Shown one piece after another: positions 37,538 through 47,772 of a DNA stretch of 53,543 bases. The position numbers and the translations under genes were made by a program. This DNA is from Pyrolobus sp. (GTDB lineage: Archaea > Thermoproteota > Thermoprotei_A > Sulfolobales > Pyrodictiaceae): assembly GCA_015521195.1 (NCBI GenBank), contig WAOO01000125.1, positions 1 to 53,543 of the forward strand, given 5' to 3'. The notes below the pieces were generated by a model. The model worked only from the letters and a program-made list of their open reading frames with translations. It was not told where the DNA came from and made no database searches. The first letter of the stretch is position 1. Each line of letters starts with the position of its first letter.

Positions 37538-37885
37538 TCACCAGGGCATCTTGATTACCTGGGCGTGCGGCACCCCACCTACGCGTAGCACAGCCTGCGG
37601 GTGGACCAGGCCAGCGTTAATCGCAGCCTGGACTATCCTCTCCCCGACCATGTTTATGATGGTCGCGTCGCTAGCCTCCATTATGGCCACGCTAATCGGG
37701 ACGAGGCTACCCCCATAGAACTTAGGGTCGACGTAGAGGACTACATCGCCCTCGTCAAACCTCTTGCCTAGAAGCTCCTCGTCGCAGATGGCCACTATCT
37801 TCTCGCCTTCAGTCTCGATAACCCGCATGTACACCATAGGCTCCTTCTCTGCCAAGACGCGCCCGGCGAGGATAGAGACAGTCAC
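37538..37885 (-). CDS. DUF424 family protein
   Basis: VAICDEELLG, FYGG, ATIINMVG, GVPHAQ. Confidence 0.88.
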   Translation of the reverse strand: MTVSILAGRVLAEKEPMVYMRVIETEGEKIVAICDEELLGKRFDEGDVVLYVDPKFYGGSLVPISVAIMEASDATIINMVGERIVQAAINAGLVHPQAVLRVGGVPHAQVIKMPW

Positions 37886-37936
37886 GCCCCTATAGCTGGT
37901 GCCCGGAGGCGAGGACCGCGGGTAAAACCGGGGAGG

Positions 37937-38989
37937 CTAGAATCCGAATAGGCTTTCGAGTCCGCCTGCGAGCTCCTCCTCGGAGACGCCCTCCTTCTTC
38001 TCCTCTTCCTCTTTCTTCTCCTCCTCTTCCTTCTTCCCCTCGCCGCCGCCAGCAGGGGCAGCCACAGCCGCCGGTGCCACCTGCACCTCTATGCCAAGCT
38101 CTTTCGCCTTGTCGCCCAGCGCCGCTACCACAGCATAGGCCTTGGCTATGGCCGTGCGTATCACATACTCCGCCGTCTCCGGCGTCAGGTATCCAGCCTC
38201 CGCTGCCACTGCTAGTGCGCGTCTCACCGCAAGCGGTATGCTCAGCTTGAGCACCTCGGGCTCCGGGTACGCCATCTCCACGCCGAGCCACAACGCGTGC
38301 TTCACAGCATCCTCGACCTGCTTGCGGTACTCGTCGATGTTGATGTAGAGCTGGTCCGCGGGGATTACGAGGCCATCCTCATACGCCATCTTGAGCTTGA
38401 GGTATATCTCGACGGGCTCGATGCCCAGCTTCTGGAGTAGAGAGGCCAGCTCCTCGCTTATCACGTCGCCCGGCTTAGCCACGACGGTATCCTTCGCTAT
38501 CCAGATGGTGCCTCCCTGCACCCTTATCGGGATGCGCAGCTTGCTGAACACGCTCATAATCGGGCCTGGCTGGAGCCCCGTGTTGCCAGCAGGTACCACA
38601 ATCTCGCTAGGAGCCTTCATGCCGGGCTTTGCAGGCGCCCTCGCCCTCTCCTTCTCGAGTATCCTGGCGAGCTCGAAGGGGTTGATATTCGCGAATATGA
38701 ATATGTTGGTGCCCGTAAGGTAGGGCTCGAACTTCTCCACCGGGAGCCCGGCCTTCTTCAACGCGAGCTTGAACAACGTGTTCTTCGCGACCCTCAGCTT
38801 TATCTTATCCTCGCCGTACTTCTCGCGCAGCCTCTTACGGATGCGGTGCAGCTGAGCGGCTGGCACGCCGGTCAGGTCGCCTATCGCTATCACTTTGTAG
38901 CTCTTGATGAGCCTCGTTAGCTCCTCCACCTCCTTCTTCTTCCACTCTGGTATAGGCCTGGTCCTCTTAAACGCGACCCTGAGCGCCAC
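37937..38989 (-). CDS. rpl10: 50S ribosomal protein L10 (aP0)
   Basis: IPEWKK, KNTL, APAKPG, TGLQPGP, acidic tail ending GLESLFGF. Confidence 0.97.
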   Translation of the reverse strand: MALRVAFKRTRPIPEWKKKEVEELTRLIKSYKVIAIGDLTGVPAAQLHRIRKRLREKYGEDKIKLRVAKNTLFKLALKKAGLPVEKFEPYLTGTNIFIFANINPFELARILEKERARAPAKPGMKAPSEIVVPAGNTGLQPGPIMSVFSKLRIPIRVQGGTIWIAKDTVVAKPGDVISEELASLLQKLGIEPVEIYLKLKMAYEDGLVIPADQLYINIDEYRKQVEDAVKHALWLGVEMAYPEPEVLKLSIPLAVRRALAVAAEAGYLTPETAEYVIRTAIAKAYAVVAALGDKAKELGIEVQVAPAAVAAPAGGGEGKKEEEEKKEEEEKKEGVSEEELAGGLESLFGF

Positions 38990-39003
38990 TATGCTGCACC
39001 CCC

Positions 39004-39651
39004 TTACCTCAGCCTAACCTCAACCGGGGGACCCATCGTAGTCTTGACTATAATCTTGGCGATGTTATACGTCGGGTTCCTCAGCTTGCCCTCCAGTGTC
39101 TGGAGGACCTTGTAGGCGTTGTCGGCCAGCTCCTCGGGGCTCATATCCTCGGTTCCAATCCTCACCATTACCTGCGGCTGGTCACGCGTCCTCACCATTA
39201 CTGCGCTGCGGTACCTCTCGACATACGCCTTTACATCGACGTTCGGGGGCATCGGGACGGGTATCTTGCCGCGTGGGCCGAGCGCAGGGCCCAGTATCCT
39301 GCCAGCGAGGCCCATTAGGTCCGTCTTGACGAGCACCCAGTCGCAGAACTGGGCTACCTTCTTCGCGGTCTTCCTGTCTATACCCTGCAGCTCCTCTCTG
39401 GTTATGACGCGGTCTGCGACCTCCTTCGCCTTGACGGCAACATCTCCATCTGCGACCACGCATATCGTCACATGCTTCCTGGGGGGATGGGGCAGGAAGA
39501 CAATCTCCCTTATCCTGCCCTCCGGGGTCCTCGGGTCGACGTCGCGCAGCACTACTATCATCTCGACGCTCTGCTTGAAGTTCCTCTTAGGCGAGTATGC
39601 CAACGCCTTCTTTATCGCATCTATCATGTTGTCGCGGGGGACGAACGACAC
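39004..39651 (-). CDS. rpl1: 50S ribosomal protein L1
   Basis: KRNFKQSVE, LGPALGPRGK, KTTMGP. Confidence 0.97.
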   Translation of the reverse strand: MSFVPRDNMIDAIKKALAYSPKRNFKQSVEMIVVLRDVDPRTPEGRIREIVFLPHPPRKHVTICVVADGDVAVKAKEVADRVITREELQGIDRKTAKKVAQFCDWVLVKTDLMGLAGRILGPALGPRGKIPVPMPPNVDVKAYVERYRSAVMVRTRDQPQVMVRIGTEDMSPEELADNAYKVLQTLEGKLRNPTYNIAKIIVKTTMGPPVEVRLR

Positions 39652-39692
39652 TATCGCCCACCTCGAGGCCTACCCCGGGGGAGGCGAGGCGG

Positions 39693-40202
39693 TTAGGCTT
39701 TGCGCCACTCCTCCTCATACTTCGCGAGGACCGCGTCGTGCAACCCTTCGTCTATCTCCCTCGTCACCTGCTTAGGGTCCTTACCGTCGACCGTCAAGCC
39801 GATGGCCCTAGCCGTACCCAGTATGGTCTTGACGGCCGCCTTCAACGTCTTGGCGGTCAGCTGCGGCTTCTTCATTATCGCAACCTCGATAACCTTCTCT
39901 ATCGGGATATCACCTATCTTGTGGTGCATCGGGTCACCCGAGGGCTCCTTCGCCCCCGCGGCCCGGAGCAGGAGGGCCGTCGTCGTCGGGATGCCGACCT
40001 CGATTTCATACTCCTTGGTGTCCAAGTCGACTATTATCTTGACGGGTACCGTCATCCCCTCGAACTTCTTCGTAGCCTCGTTTATCTTCTGGACAACCTC
40101 GGCGACGTTGAGACCCAGGGGCGCGATAGCCGGTGCTATCGGCGGCCCGGGCTTCACACGGCCACCTTCAACCGTGAACGTGAGCGTCTTCTTACGCCCC
40201 AT
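39693..40202 (-). CDS. rpl11: 50S ribosomal protein L11
   Basis: VEGG...PGPP, INEAT..F.G..VPV, GTA..IG. Confidence 0.97.
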   Translation of the reverse strand: MGRKKTLTFTVEGGRVKPGPPIAPAIAPLGLNVAEVVQKINEATKKFEGMTVPVKIIVDLDTKEYEIEVGIPTTTALLLRAAGAKEPSGDPMHHKIGDIPIEKVIEVAIMKKPQLTAKTLKAAVKTILGTARAIGLTVDGKDPKQVTREIDEGLHDAVLAKYEEEWRKA

Positions 40203-40701
40203 GCTCCTCCTCCCTCAGCGGCCGCACCGATTCAACCGGGAGCGTCGTGCGGAGGTTATAACTTGCATCCAGGATGACGACCTCAACCTCTCTCTTATCG
40301 GGATTGACCCGCTCTACACGGGCGCGTGTACCGCGGAAAGGCCCAGAGATTATCTCCACAACCTGACCGACCTTGATGCGTATCTCCCTCTCGCCCTTCA
40401 GCACCTTGGCGACCTCCTCCGGCGCGATGTATCCTGGTGCTATGCTCCTCGCGTAGGGGATGCCGCGGATAGCCTCAGCGACTATGAAGGATGCTGGCGC
40501 CTCTACGAGCACGATGCCCTTGACCTTGGGCAGGACTATTATCGAGCGTATATCGAACCCCATCTCCTTCGCACGGTTCTCCAGCATTAGCGCAACGTCT
40601 ATCTCCCTGCCGCCGAGCGTCCTTACAGCGTAGAATCTCGAAGGTCTCCTAGGCTGCTGTTCTTTCCCCTCCTGCACTTCCTCAGAGGACACCACGCTCA
40701 C
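40192..40701 (-). CDS. spt5: transcription elongation factor Spt5/NusG
   Basis: NGN domain (FYAVRT.GG.E..VA) plus KOW ([10 protein letters not shown]). Confidence 0.95.
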   Translation of the reverse strand: MSVVSSEEVQEGKEQQPRRPSRFYAVRTLGGREIDVALMLENRAKEMGFDIRSIIVLPKVKGIVLVEAPASFIVAEAIRGIPYARSIAPGYIAPEEVAKVLKGEREIRIKVGQVVEIISGPFRGTRARVERVNPDKREVEVVILDASYNLRTTLPVESVRPLREEEHGA

Positions 40702-40889
40702 CCGCCGAAACCGAAGCCGTACAACGCTATGATATTTATGATGAAGCCTATGGCGCCAATGCCGAGTATAAGCAGGATTACGATGCGGAGCGTCGCGTTG
40801 AACTCGTCGGGGTATGGTTTACGGACACGGTGCATAATCTGGCGCCACGTCTCCAGGGTGCCCCTTATCCTCTCGACCAGGCTCGCCAC
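40698..40889 (-). CDS. secE: protein translocase SecE/Sec61-gamma
   Basis: RKP..DEF followed by a single TM with G.IGF; conserved position between ftsY and spt5. Confidence 0.9.
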   Translation of the reverse strand: MASLVERIRGTLETWRQIMHRVRKPYPDEFNATLRIVILLILGIGAIGFIINIIALYGFGFGG

Positions 40890-40954
40890 TAGCCGCCCCC
40901 GCGCGCACGGGGAAAGGCCACGCTCTAAATACGGGTATATGGCCGTGCCTCATG

Positions 40955-41887
40955 CTAGCCGAGTAGCTTCTCGACGAGCTTCTCCGGTACCATGGGCTCC
41001 AGGTCTTCATACCTCTGGCCGACGCCGAGGAAGAGTATAGGCTTCTTTATCGCGTCGACTACGCTCACTGCTGTGCCCCCCTTCGCATCAGCATCGAACT
41101 TGGTGAGCACGACGAAGTCCACCCCCACAGCCTCGTCGAAGAACTTAGCCTGCTCGACCGCGTCGTTGCCCGTCAGGGCGTCTACGACGAGCACCTTGTA
41201 GTCGGGTTTCGCGACCCTCACTATCTTCCTAAGCTCCTCCATAAGGTCTACATCGGTGTGCATCCTTCCGGCTGTATCGACGAGGACGACGCAGTAGCCT
41301 CTGCTCTTGGCCATCTGTATCGCATCATAGGCCACCGACGCTGGGTCCGCGCCGTACCTCCCTCCGACGAACACCGCTCCAATCTTCTCCGCATGAGCCC
41401 TAAGCTGCTCCTGGGCACCAGCCCTGAAAGTGTCAGCAGCGGCTATCACGGGCGTGAGGCCAGCCTTCTTGAACATATAGGCGAACTTCGCTATCGTCGT
41501 TGTCTTGCCGACACCGTTGACACCCAGGAATACTATTACGAGTGGTTCTCCGCGCCTACATTTCTCGATAGCCTCTTTCACGAGGTCTATCTGTCTCCAC
41601 CCCGTCTTCAGGAGGGCTATGAGAGCCTCCCTCACCTTATCCTCGAGCACCTTCCTGGTCTCTGCGCCGCGGGGCACCTGGAGACCTACAAGCCTCTTCT
41701 TGAGCTCCTCGACCAGCCGCTCAGCGGTGTCGTACGCGACATCGCTCTCCACGAGCTCTATCAGGAGGTCCTGCATGAACTCCTCGACATCCTTCTCGCT
41801 TATGGTCTTAGTAGTTGCCTTCTGTACTACGCGTTCAACCTTCTCGACAAAACCCTGGAAGACCTTCTTTAGCCTCTTGAAGACCAC
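40955..41887 (-). CDS. ftsY: signal recognition particle receptor FtsY
   Basis: GVNGVGKTTTIAK, DTFRAGA, DTAGR, TKFD..AKGG, G.GQ.Y.DL. Confidence 0.97.
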   Translation of the reverse strand: MVFKRLKKVFQGFVEKVERVVQKATTKTISEKDVEEFMQDLLIELVESDVAYDTAERLVEELKKRLVGLQVPRGAETRKVLEDKVREALIALLKTGWRQIDLVKEAIEKCRRGEPLVIVFLGVNGVGKTTTIAKFAYMFKKAGLTPVIAAADTFRAGAQEQLRAHAEKIGAVFVGGRYGADPASVAYDAIQMAKSRGYCVVLVDTAGRMHTDVDLMEELRKIVRVAKPDYKVLVVDALTGNDAVEQAKFFDEAVGVDFVVLTKFDADAKGGTAVSVVDAIKKPILFLGVGQRYEDLEPMVPEKLVEKLLG

Positions 41888-41903
41888 AGCCTACCCCTGC
41901 ATG

Positions 41904-42365
41904 CTACTGGCTCGGCTGCTGCCTTCTAAGCGCCTGCTCCAACAGCCCACGCAGCTGCTGGTAGGTCGCAGCCGCCTCGGCAAGCTCCCGGCGATACCGG
42001 TCGAGGACCCTGCTGACCTCAGCCTGCCGCTCACGGATGACCTTCAACGCCTTATCGATAGGCAGGGCGACGAACACGTCTAGCCCCGCGTGCACCAGTA
42101 CACGGGCATCGGCGCCGCCCTCAACCCTAGCCTTGCCGTAGACCACCCCGCCGCCATCCAGGTCTACTAGGGCCTCGACACTACCGTCCCGGAGCTGTTC
42201 AAGCGCCCTCTCACCGGCATAGAGCACGTTGAGGGTCGCGTTCAACCCGTCTATCGTCGACTGGAGTGCGGCGATGTACTCCTCTAGCGCCCGCAGCTGC
42301 TGTACGAGCGTGTTGAGATCCACGCGTACCGTGGGCTGCTGCTGGCTGCTCACTCCTTGACCCAC
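41904..42365 (-). CDS. pfdA: prefoldin alpha subunit
   Basis: Coiled coil, beta hairpins (VLVHAG..VFV), coiled coil; conserved position between LX and ftsY. Confidence 0.88.
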   Translation of the reverse strand: MGQGVSSQQQPTVRVDLNTLVQQLRALEEYIAALQSTIDGLNATLNVLYAGERALEQLRDGSVEALVDLDGGGVVYGKARVEGGADARVLVHAGLDVFVALPIDKALKVIRERQAEVSRVLDRYRRELAEAAATYQQLRGLLEQALRRQQPSQ

Positions 42366-42625
42366 CTCTTCAGCTGCGAGAGTAGTATCACGTAGCGGTC
42401 GGTGGCCTCCTCGAGGCTAATCTCCCTGACATTCTCGATCACAATATGGTATCTTTTGACGCGGTGCTTACTCCCCAGCTCCGACAGCACCTTCTCGATG
42501 GCGTGCTCGGGTGTCAGGGCTCTAACCTCCTTCCTAAACCTCCACCACATTGGGAACTTGTCGTGCTTTATCAGCATCCTACCCTCAATCCTGAATATCT
42601 TCACCTGCTCGTCGCCCCGCGGCAT
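42350..42625 (-). CDS. rplX: 50S ribosomal protein LX (L18a/eL20)
   Basis: KIFRIEG, F.KEVRA, AIEKV.SELGSKH.VKR..I.I. Confidence 0.93.
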   Translation of the reverse strand: MPRGDEQVKIFRIEGRMLIKHDKFPMWWRFRKEVRALTPEHAIEKVLSELGSKHRVKRYHIVIENVREISLEEATDRYVILLSQLKRWVKE

Positions 42626-42675
42626 AGGCTGAAGCCCTGGACGGGAGCCGCCCTCTAGGTTTAAAGCTGGTCTCT

Positions 42676-43368
42676 CTAGTGGGGGAGGAGAGCCTGCGTT
42701 ATCTGCGCTATCTCGGGGCCCGTGGTATCCTCGCCCACGAGGACCCCGTTATCGTTAGCCACTATCCCGGCCTTCACGAAGTAGAGGCCGAAGTTGACCG
42801 TGCCGCGTATAAACTCGACTCCGAAGAGCTCGTTGAGCATTTGTAGCTCGTGGTCCTCTACGCCGGGGTGTACGAGGCCACCGTAACTGTTGACGACTAG
42901 CATCGAGCCTATGGTTGGTATCTCGGCTAGCCTGCGTACCTCGAACCTCTGCACCCCGAGGATCTCCGCTATCCTCTCCGCCGCAACCCTGTCTATCACC
43001 GGCGATATGAGCGCAGCGCGGTTGTTGGCGGCCACCAGGTTCCCGAGGGCCGTGCTCCTAAGCCCCTGCATCACCTCGATCCTCACACTACCGCCTATCA
43101 CCGCGCGTAGCTCGTCAACCTCCTCGGGCTTGACTATGCGTGGCAGGAGTATCCCGTTGTCGTTTCCTGCGACCAGCACGCCGTTGAGTATAGAGTCTGC
43201 TATCTTGACCTCTACGAGGTCTACCTGTAGAACCTCGCGTATCTTGCGCTTGTCGGAATCCGGGAGGCCCGGCGGTATAAGGGCGAACTTGTTGTTCGCG
43301 AAGATGTACACGCCTATGTTCGAGTTGCCGAAGACCGTGAGCTTCTCGATGCCACCCTTCTCTGCCAA
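42676..43368 (-). CDS. eif6: translation initiation factor aIF-6
   Basis: GNSNIGVY, GNDNG, ALGN, GTVNFG, TTGPE. Confidence 0.95.
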   Translation of the reverse strand: MAEKGGIEKLTVFGNSNIGVYIFANNKFALIPPGLPDSDKRKIREVLQVDLVEVKIADSILNGVLVAGNDNGILLPRIVKPEEVDELRAVIGGSVRIEVMQGLRSTALGNLVAANNRAALISPVIDRVAAERIAEILGVQRFEVRRLAEIPTIGSMLVVNSYGGLVHPGVEDHELQMLNELFGVEFIRGTVNFGLYFVKAGIVANDNGVLVGEDTTGPEIAQITQALLPH

Positions 43369-43419
43369 AAGAGGTCCCTCGCGGAGGTGAGCGGCTCCGG
43401 GCTATAGACGGGTTGGCGT

Positions 43420-43707
43420 CTAACCCTGCTCCCTCGCCAGGTAGACGTAGACGTAGCCCGTCTCCTCGTCCTTCTTAGCGTAGACCCTTACCCTGCGGGG
43501 CGGCTTCTCTATGCTAAACTGCCAGATGTACTCGTTGACCTCGTTGCTTATCTTCACCTTCTCCGGCTCGACCCCGAAATGCCTCGCAATGAACTGCCTG
43601 ACCAGCTTCACCGCGCGCGCCGCCCTGTTACTCCTCCTACCCCAGTATACGCGCTTGAGGGGTATGGTGTAGAACGCCTCCTTCTTCTCCTTGGGCACGG
43701 CGACCAC
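43420..43707 (-). CDS. rpl31e: 50S ribosomal protein L31e
   Basis: YTIPL, RA.RAVK.VR.FI.RH, VN..IW..SIEKPP. Confidence 0.95.
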   Translation of the reverse strand: MVAVPKEKKEAFYTIPLKRVYWGRRSNRAARAVKLVRQFIARHFGVEPEKVKISNEVNEYIWQFSIEKPPRRVRVYAKKDEETGYVYVYLAREQG

Positions 43708-43708
43708 C

Positions 43709-43864
43709 TCACGCCTTTATCCAGTTCCTCCTCCAGTGCCTCCTCTTAGGGTGGGTGGTAAACCTTCTGTTAGTCTTCATGACCACCCAGACCGGCACCG
43801 GGCTGTTAGACTTGTAGGCCTTGGCGAGCCTCAGCTTCCTCGCGAGAGGCTTGTTCCTCGCCAA
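43709..43864 (-). CDS. rpl39e: 50S ribosomal protein L39e (51 aa, below the ORF-track cutoff)
   Basis: Manual translation from TTG: [51 protein letters not shown]. Confidence 0.95.
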   Translation of the reverse strand: MARNKPLARKLRLAKAYKSNSPVPVWVVMKTNRRFTTHPKRRHWRRNWIKA

Positions 43865-43986
43865 GCCCTACCCCCGGCGCCGCGCATCCCAGCAACCTCT
43901 TTTAAACGACTGGACTCCTGGAGGGCGGCGCACAGCAAGCGTATATGAGGAGTTGGGAGGCCCTGCGGTTGACGGGCTGGTAGCTA

Positions 43987-46728
43987 TTGCCGAAGGTGGA
44001 CCCGAGCGTCTACCAGCTTGACTTCTTCCGCGAGAAGGGCTTCGTGAGGAAGAAGTGTAAGCACTGCGGCGAGTACTTCTGGACGCTTAACCCGGAGAGG
44101 GAGACGTGTGGAGACGCGCCCTGCGAGGAGTACAGGTTCTGGGATATACCGAGGAGCATCCCCGAGCTGGACCTCAGGGGCGCCATCGAGAGGTTCCTTA
44201 GGTTCTTCGAGAGACACGGCCACACGGTGATACCGCCCAGGCCCGTGGTCGCCAGGTGGCGCGAGGACCTCTACCTCACCATAGCGAGCATCGTGGTCTT
44301 CCAGCCCCATGTGACCAGCGGGCTCGTGCCCCCACCGGCCAACCCGCTGGTGATAGCACAGCCCTGCATCCGCCTCGAGGACATAGACCATGTGGGCGTC
44401 ACGATGGGCAGGCATTTGACCAGCTTCACCATGGGCGGGCACCACGCCTTCAACTATCCGGATAAGCGCGTCTACTGGAAGGATGAGACCGTACGCCTGG
44501 CCTTCGAGTTCTTCACCAGGGAGCTGGGCATACCCGAGGAGGAGATAGTCTTCAAGGAGTCGTGGTGGGAGGGCGGAGGCAACGCCGGGCCCAGCTTCGA
44601 GGTCACAGTCGGCGGCCTGGAGCTGGCAACGCTGGTCTTCATGCAGTACGAGGTGCGCGACGGTAACTACGTGGAGATGCCGCTGAAGGTCGTCGACACG
44701 GGCTACGGGCTCGAGAGGATAGCGTGGTTCAGCAACCGTAGGGCGCCGACCGCCTTCCACGCCATCTACCGCGACCTGGTCCCCAAGTTCTTCGAGAGGG
44801 TTGGCGTCGAGGAGCCCGAGGAGAAGCTGCTATGGACTGCCGCGAGGCTCGCAGGCTACCTCGACCCCGACGACCCGCGGAGCATCGAGGCGTACTACCG
44901 TAGGGTGGCTGAGGCTCTCGGAGCCGACCCCGACTGGGTTAGGTCTGAGCTGGTGCGCGCAGCGAGGGTCTACGCGCTCCTCGACCACACGAGGACGATA
45001 ATGTGGATGCTTGGCGATGGCATCGTACCGTCGAACAGCGGTGAGGGCTACCTAGCCAGGCTTGTCATCAGGAGGGCTGTTAGGCTGCTTGCATTACTGG
45101 GGAGCGACGCTAGGCTGGATGAGCTCGTCGAGATGCAGCTTGGTTACTGGAGGAGCCTCTACCCGCAGTATGTGGAGAGGAGCGGCTACATACTCGAGGT
45201 TACGAGGCTCGAGGAGGAGAGGTACCGGAAGATACTGGAGAACGCGGATAGGATTGTCGAGAGGCTGTTGGCGCGGAAGAAGACCCTCACCCTCGACGAC
45301 CTGATACTCCTGTACGACAGTCACGGCATACCGCCCGACATCGTGGCGTCCGTCGCGGCGAAGCGTGGCGTGAAGGTTGAGGTGCCGCACGACTTCTATG
45401 CCAGGGTTGCAGAGAGGCATGGCGCGAGGGGCGGCGTAGCGAGGGAGGTTGAGAAGGTCAGGTTGCCCAGGGAGGTTGTCGAGTGGGCAGAGGGGTTTGG
45501 CGAGACAAGGCGCCTCTTCCACGAAGACCCGTATATGAGGAGGTTCGAGGCTAACGTGCTCGGCGTTAAAGGCGAGTACGTGGTTCTAGACGCGACCGCC
45601 TTCTACCCCACCGGCGGCGGCCAGCTGCACGACACGGGCGTCATCTACTGCGAGGGTAGGGCGTATCGGGTCAAGCGCGTCGAGAAGACGCCGAGAGGCA
45701 CGATAGTGCATATCGTCGAGCCTCCGATGGGGAGGGAGTGCGTCGGTAGACGGGTGCTCGGCGAGATAGACTGGGATAGGCGCTACCGCATGATGCGCCA
45801 CCACACCGCCACCCACGTGCTGCTCGCCGCGGCGCGGAGGCTCCTCGGCGACCATGTATGGCAGGCTGGCGCCGAGAAGACACCGGAGAAGGCGAGGCTG
45901 GACATCACCCACTACAAGCCGCTGACGAGAGAGGAGGTCAGGAAGCTGGAGGAGATGGTGAACCGCGTGATACGCGAGAGGAGGAGGGTTGAGGCTAAGC
46001 TAATGGATTGGAACGAGGCCGTCGAGAAGTACGGCTACCGCATCTTCCAGGGAGGCGTGCCACCCTCACCTAAGCTCAGGATTGTGAGTGTCGAGGATTG
46101 GGACGTTGAGGCCTGCTTCGGCACACACCTCTCCAACACCGGCGAGATAGGCGCCTTCAAGATAATCAACGTTGAGAGGATACAGGATGGCGTGGTGAGG
46201 CTAGAGTATGTCGCGGGCGACCTGGTGGCGGAGTACGCCTCGAGGCTGGAGGATGAGGCCCTGAAGGCCGTCGAGACCCTCGGCGGCAGGAGCCTATCAG
46301 AGCTCGCCACTAGGGCTTCCAAGGCGAGGGAGGAGTTGGAGAGGCTGAAGAGCCTGGCTTCAGAGTACTCGAAGATACTCGCAGATGCTCTGGCCGCCGC
46401 TGCGCCTAGGCTGGAGAAGAGCGGCCTTAGCGCCGCCTACGTGTTGCTCCCCGTCGCCGACGACAGGCTAGAGTCTAGGGTGTTGGAGAAGCTCGAGGAG
46501 GAGACGGACATAGGCATAGTCGCCGTGAGGCAGGATGGTAGGCTCCGCGTGAGGATTGCGACAAGGAGGAGGGACATAGACCTCCGTAAGGCCGCGGCCG
46601 TGCTGAGGGAGCTAGGCGGACGTGGGGGAGGAAGAGGCACGATAGCGTCCGGCGTCCTGCCGGCGGGTGATAAGCCGGAGGAGGCGCTGCGGAGGCTGGC
46701 AGAGAAGCTGCTAGAGGCGCTCACCTGA
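43987..46728 (+). CDS. alaS: alanyl-tRNA synthetase
   Basis: ARWREDLYLTIASI..FQP, DTGYGLER, editing HTATH...CFGTH, C-terminal GGRGGG. Confidence 0.97.
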   Translation: MPKVDPSVYQLDFFREKGFVRKKCKHCGEYFWTLNPERETCGDAPCEEYRFWDIPRSIPELDLRGAIERFLRFFERHGHTVIPPRPVVARWREDLYLTIASIVVFQPHVTSGLVPPPANPLVIAQPCIRLEDIDHVGVTMGRHLTSFTMGGHHAFNYPDKRVYWKDETVRLAFEFFTRELGIPEEEIVFKESWWEGGGNAGPSFEVTVGGLELATLVFMQYEVRDGNYVEMPLKVVDTGYGLERIAWFSNRRAPTAFHAIYRDLVPKFFERVGVEEPEEKLLWTAARLAGYLDPDDPRSIEAYYRRVAEALGADPDWVRSELVRAARVYALLDHTRTIMWMLGDGIVPSNSGEGYLARLVIRRAVRLLALLGSDARLDELVEMQLGYWRSLYPQYVERSGYILEVTRLEEERYRKILENADRIVERLLARKKTLTLDDLILLYDSHGIPPDIVASVAAKRGVKVEVPHDFYARVAERHGARGGVAREVEKVRLPREVVEWAEGFGETRRLFHEDPYMRRFEANVLGVKGEYVVLDATAFYPTGGGQLHDTGVIYCEGRAYRVKRVEKTPRGTIVHIVEPPMGRECVGRRVLGEIDWDRRYRMMRHHTATHVLLAAARRLLGDHVWQAGAEKTPEKARLDITHYKPLTREEVRKLEEMVNRVIRERRRVEAKLMDWNEAVEKYGYRIFQGGVPPSPKLRIVSVEDWDVEACFGTHLSNTGEIGAFKIINVERIQDGVVRLEYVAGDLVAEYASRLEDEALKAVETLGGRSLSELATRASKAREELERLKSLASEYSKILADALAAAAPRLEKSGLSAAYVLLPVADDRLESRVLEKLEEETDIGIVAVRQDGRLRVRIATRRRDIDLRKAAAVLRELGGRGGGRGTIASGVLPAGDKPEEALRRLAEKLLEALT

Positions 46729-47755
46729 CGATGCTCAGCGGCTCTAGGATGCTGCCAGCCTTCACTCTCGCACCAGCTGCAACCACTGCACCCGTTCTAA
46801 TCTCGGGGGCTATTGGGGCCAAGACTCCCACCGCTCTCCCCGCCTCCTCTCCATACACCACCTTGGTAACCACGAAAGGCTCTACATGCGCGTTTTCGCC
46901 TATCACGCTGCCGGTTAGATAAGTGTGGGATGATGCGCTCGCACCAGGCTCCATCAGCGTGACGTAGCTCTCGCCATACGCGCCTATCCTTGCACCCGGC
47001 TCTAGCAGCGTGTATCCGCGCACAGTCGCATGGAGGCCCACGAAGGCGCCCCTACATAGTATGACGGGGCCTTTCACAACCGCATAATGGTCCAGCGTTA
47101 CGCCATCCTCTATCACAACTGGCCCCTCTATCACCGCAGTCGGGCTTACCCTGGCGCCCGGCGCTATACGCACGCCGCGAATCCTGGATGCGAGTAGCAT
47201 CGCGTAGAAGAGGGGGTCGTGCGGCTTCTCGAGCCTCAGCCACGGCTCGCGCCAATAGTGCACCATGGAGCCTCTAAGCGATGAGAGGAGCTCGGATACA
47301 TCGGATGCTCCTCTCATGGCGTCGAGTAGAGCGCTCCTCCTAGACACGATGATGCCCGCGAACGCGTCGACACCGCTCTCGACATCCCCGAGCCTATCGT
47401 CATTGACGCTCACCTTTACGCCTCTATCAAGGTAGGGCCTGGTGACGAAGACTATGGTCTCGCCGGGCTTCTCGGCGTAGGCGTCGAGAGCCTCACGGAG
47501 GACTGTAACGTGGTCAGGGTAGGCGGCTAGCGCGTCGAGGAACACGACTGCATCCTCCTCCGCCCTCGAGACTATAAGGTAGGCGTCCTCGATGCTATCA
47601 GCGTATGCGAGTCTCAGGCCCAGCGTAGATGCAGCATTCTCTATCCGCTCTCCAAGCCTCCTACAGGATATGCTTATGTCGAGGGGGTTTCCGCTCGCCG
47701 CTACCATGCCCGCATCGCTCGCCTCCCTTAACACCAGAAGGAGCACCTCGGCCAC
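46721..47755 (-). CDS. GlmU-like protein: degenerate nucleotidyltransferase plus left-handed beta-helix
   Basis: Hexapeptide repeats (IAPGARVSPTAVIEGPVVIEDG); the N-terminus lacks LAAG.G.R. Confidence 0.7.
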   Translation of the reverse strand: MAEVLLLVLREASDAGMVAASGNPLDISISCRRLGERIENAASTLGLRLAYADSIEDAYLIVSRAEEDAVVFLDALAAYPDHVTVLREALDAYAEKPGETIVFVTRPYLDRGVKVSVNDDRLGDVESGVDAFAGIIVSRRSALLDAMRGASDVSELLSSLRGSMVHYWREPWLRLEKPHDPLFYAMLLASRIRGVRIAPGARVSPTAVIEGPVVIEDGVTLDHYAVVKGPVILCRGAFVGLHATVRGYTLLEPGARIGAYGESYVTLMEPGASASSHTYLTGSVIGENAHVEPFVVTKVVYGEEAGRAVGVLAPIAPEIRTGAVVAAGARVKAGSILEPLSIVR

Positions 47756-47772
47756 GCTCCGTCACCCTCAGT

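Noticed and set aside
37890-38291. Alternate-frame ORF at the end of rpl10 as a hidden rpl12
   Set aside because: The Gly/Arg-rich translation has no similarity to aP1
39652-39692. Hairpin between rpl11 and rpl1 as an L1 autoregulatory site
   Set aside because: A GC hairpin is possible, but I could not see the L1-binding consensus
39119-40590. Long antisense/alternate-frame ORFs (e.g. 39700-40590, 6163-6981, 43984-44760, 32567-33238)
   Set aside because: Shadow ORFs of well-supported genes in GC-rich DNA; no recognisable motifs
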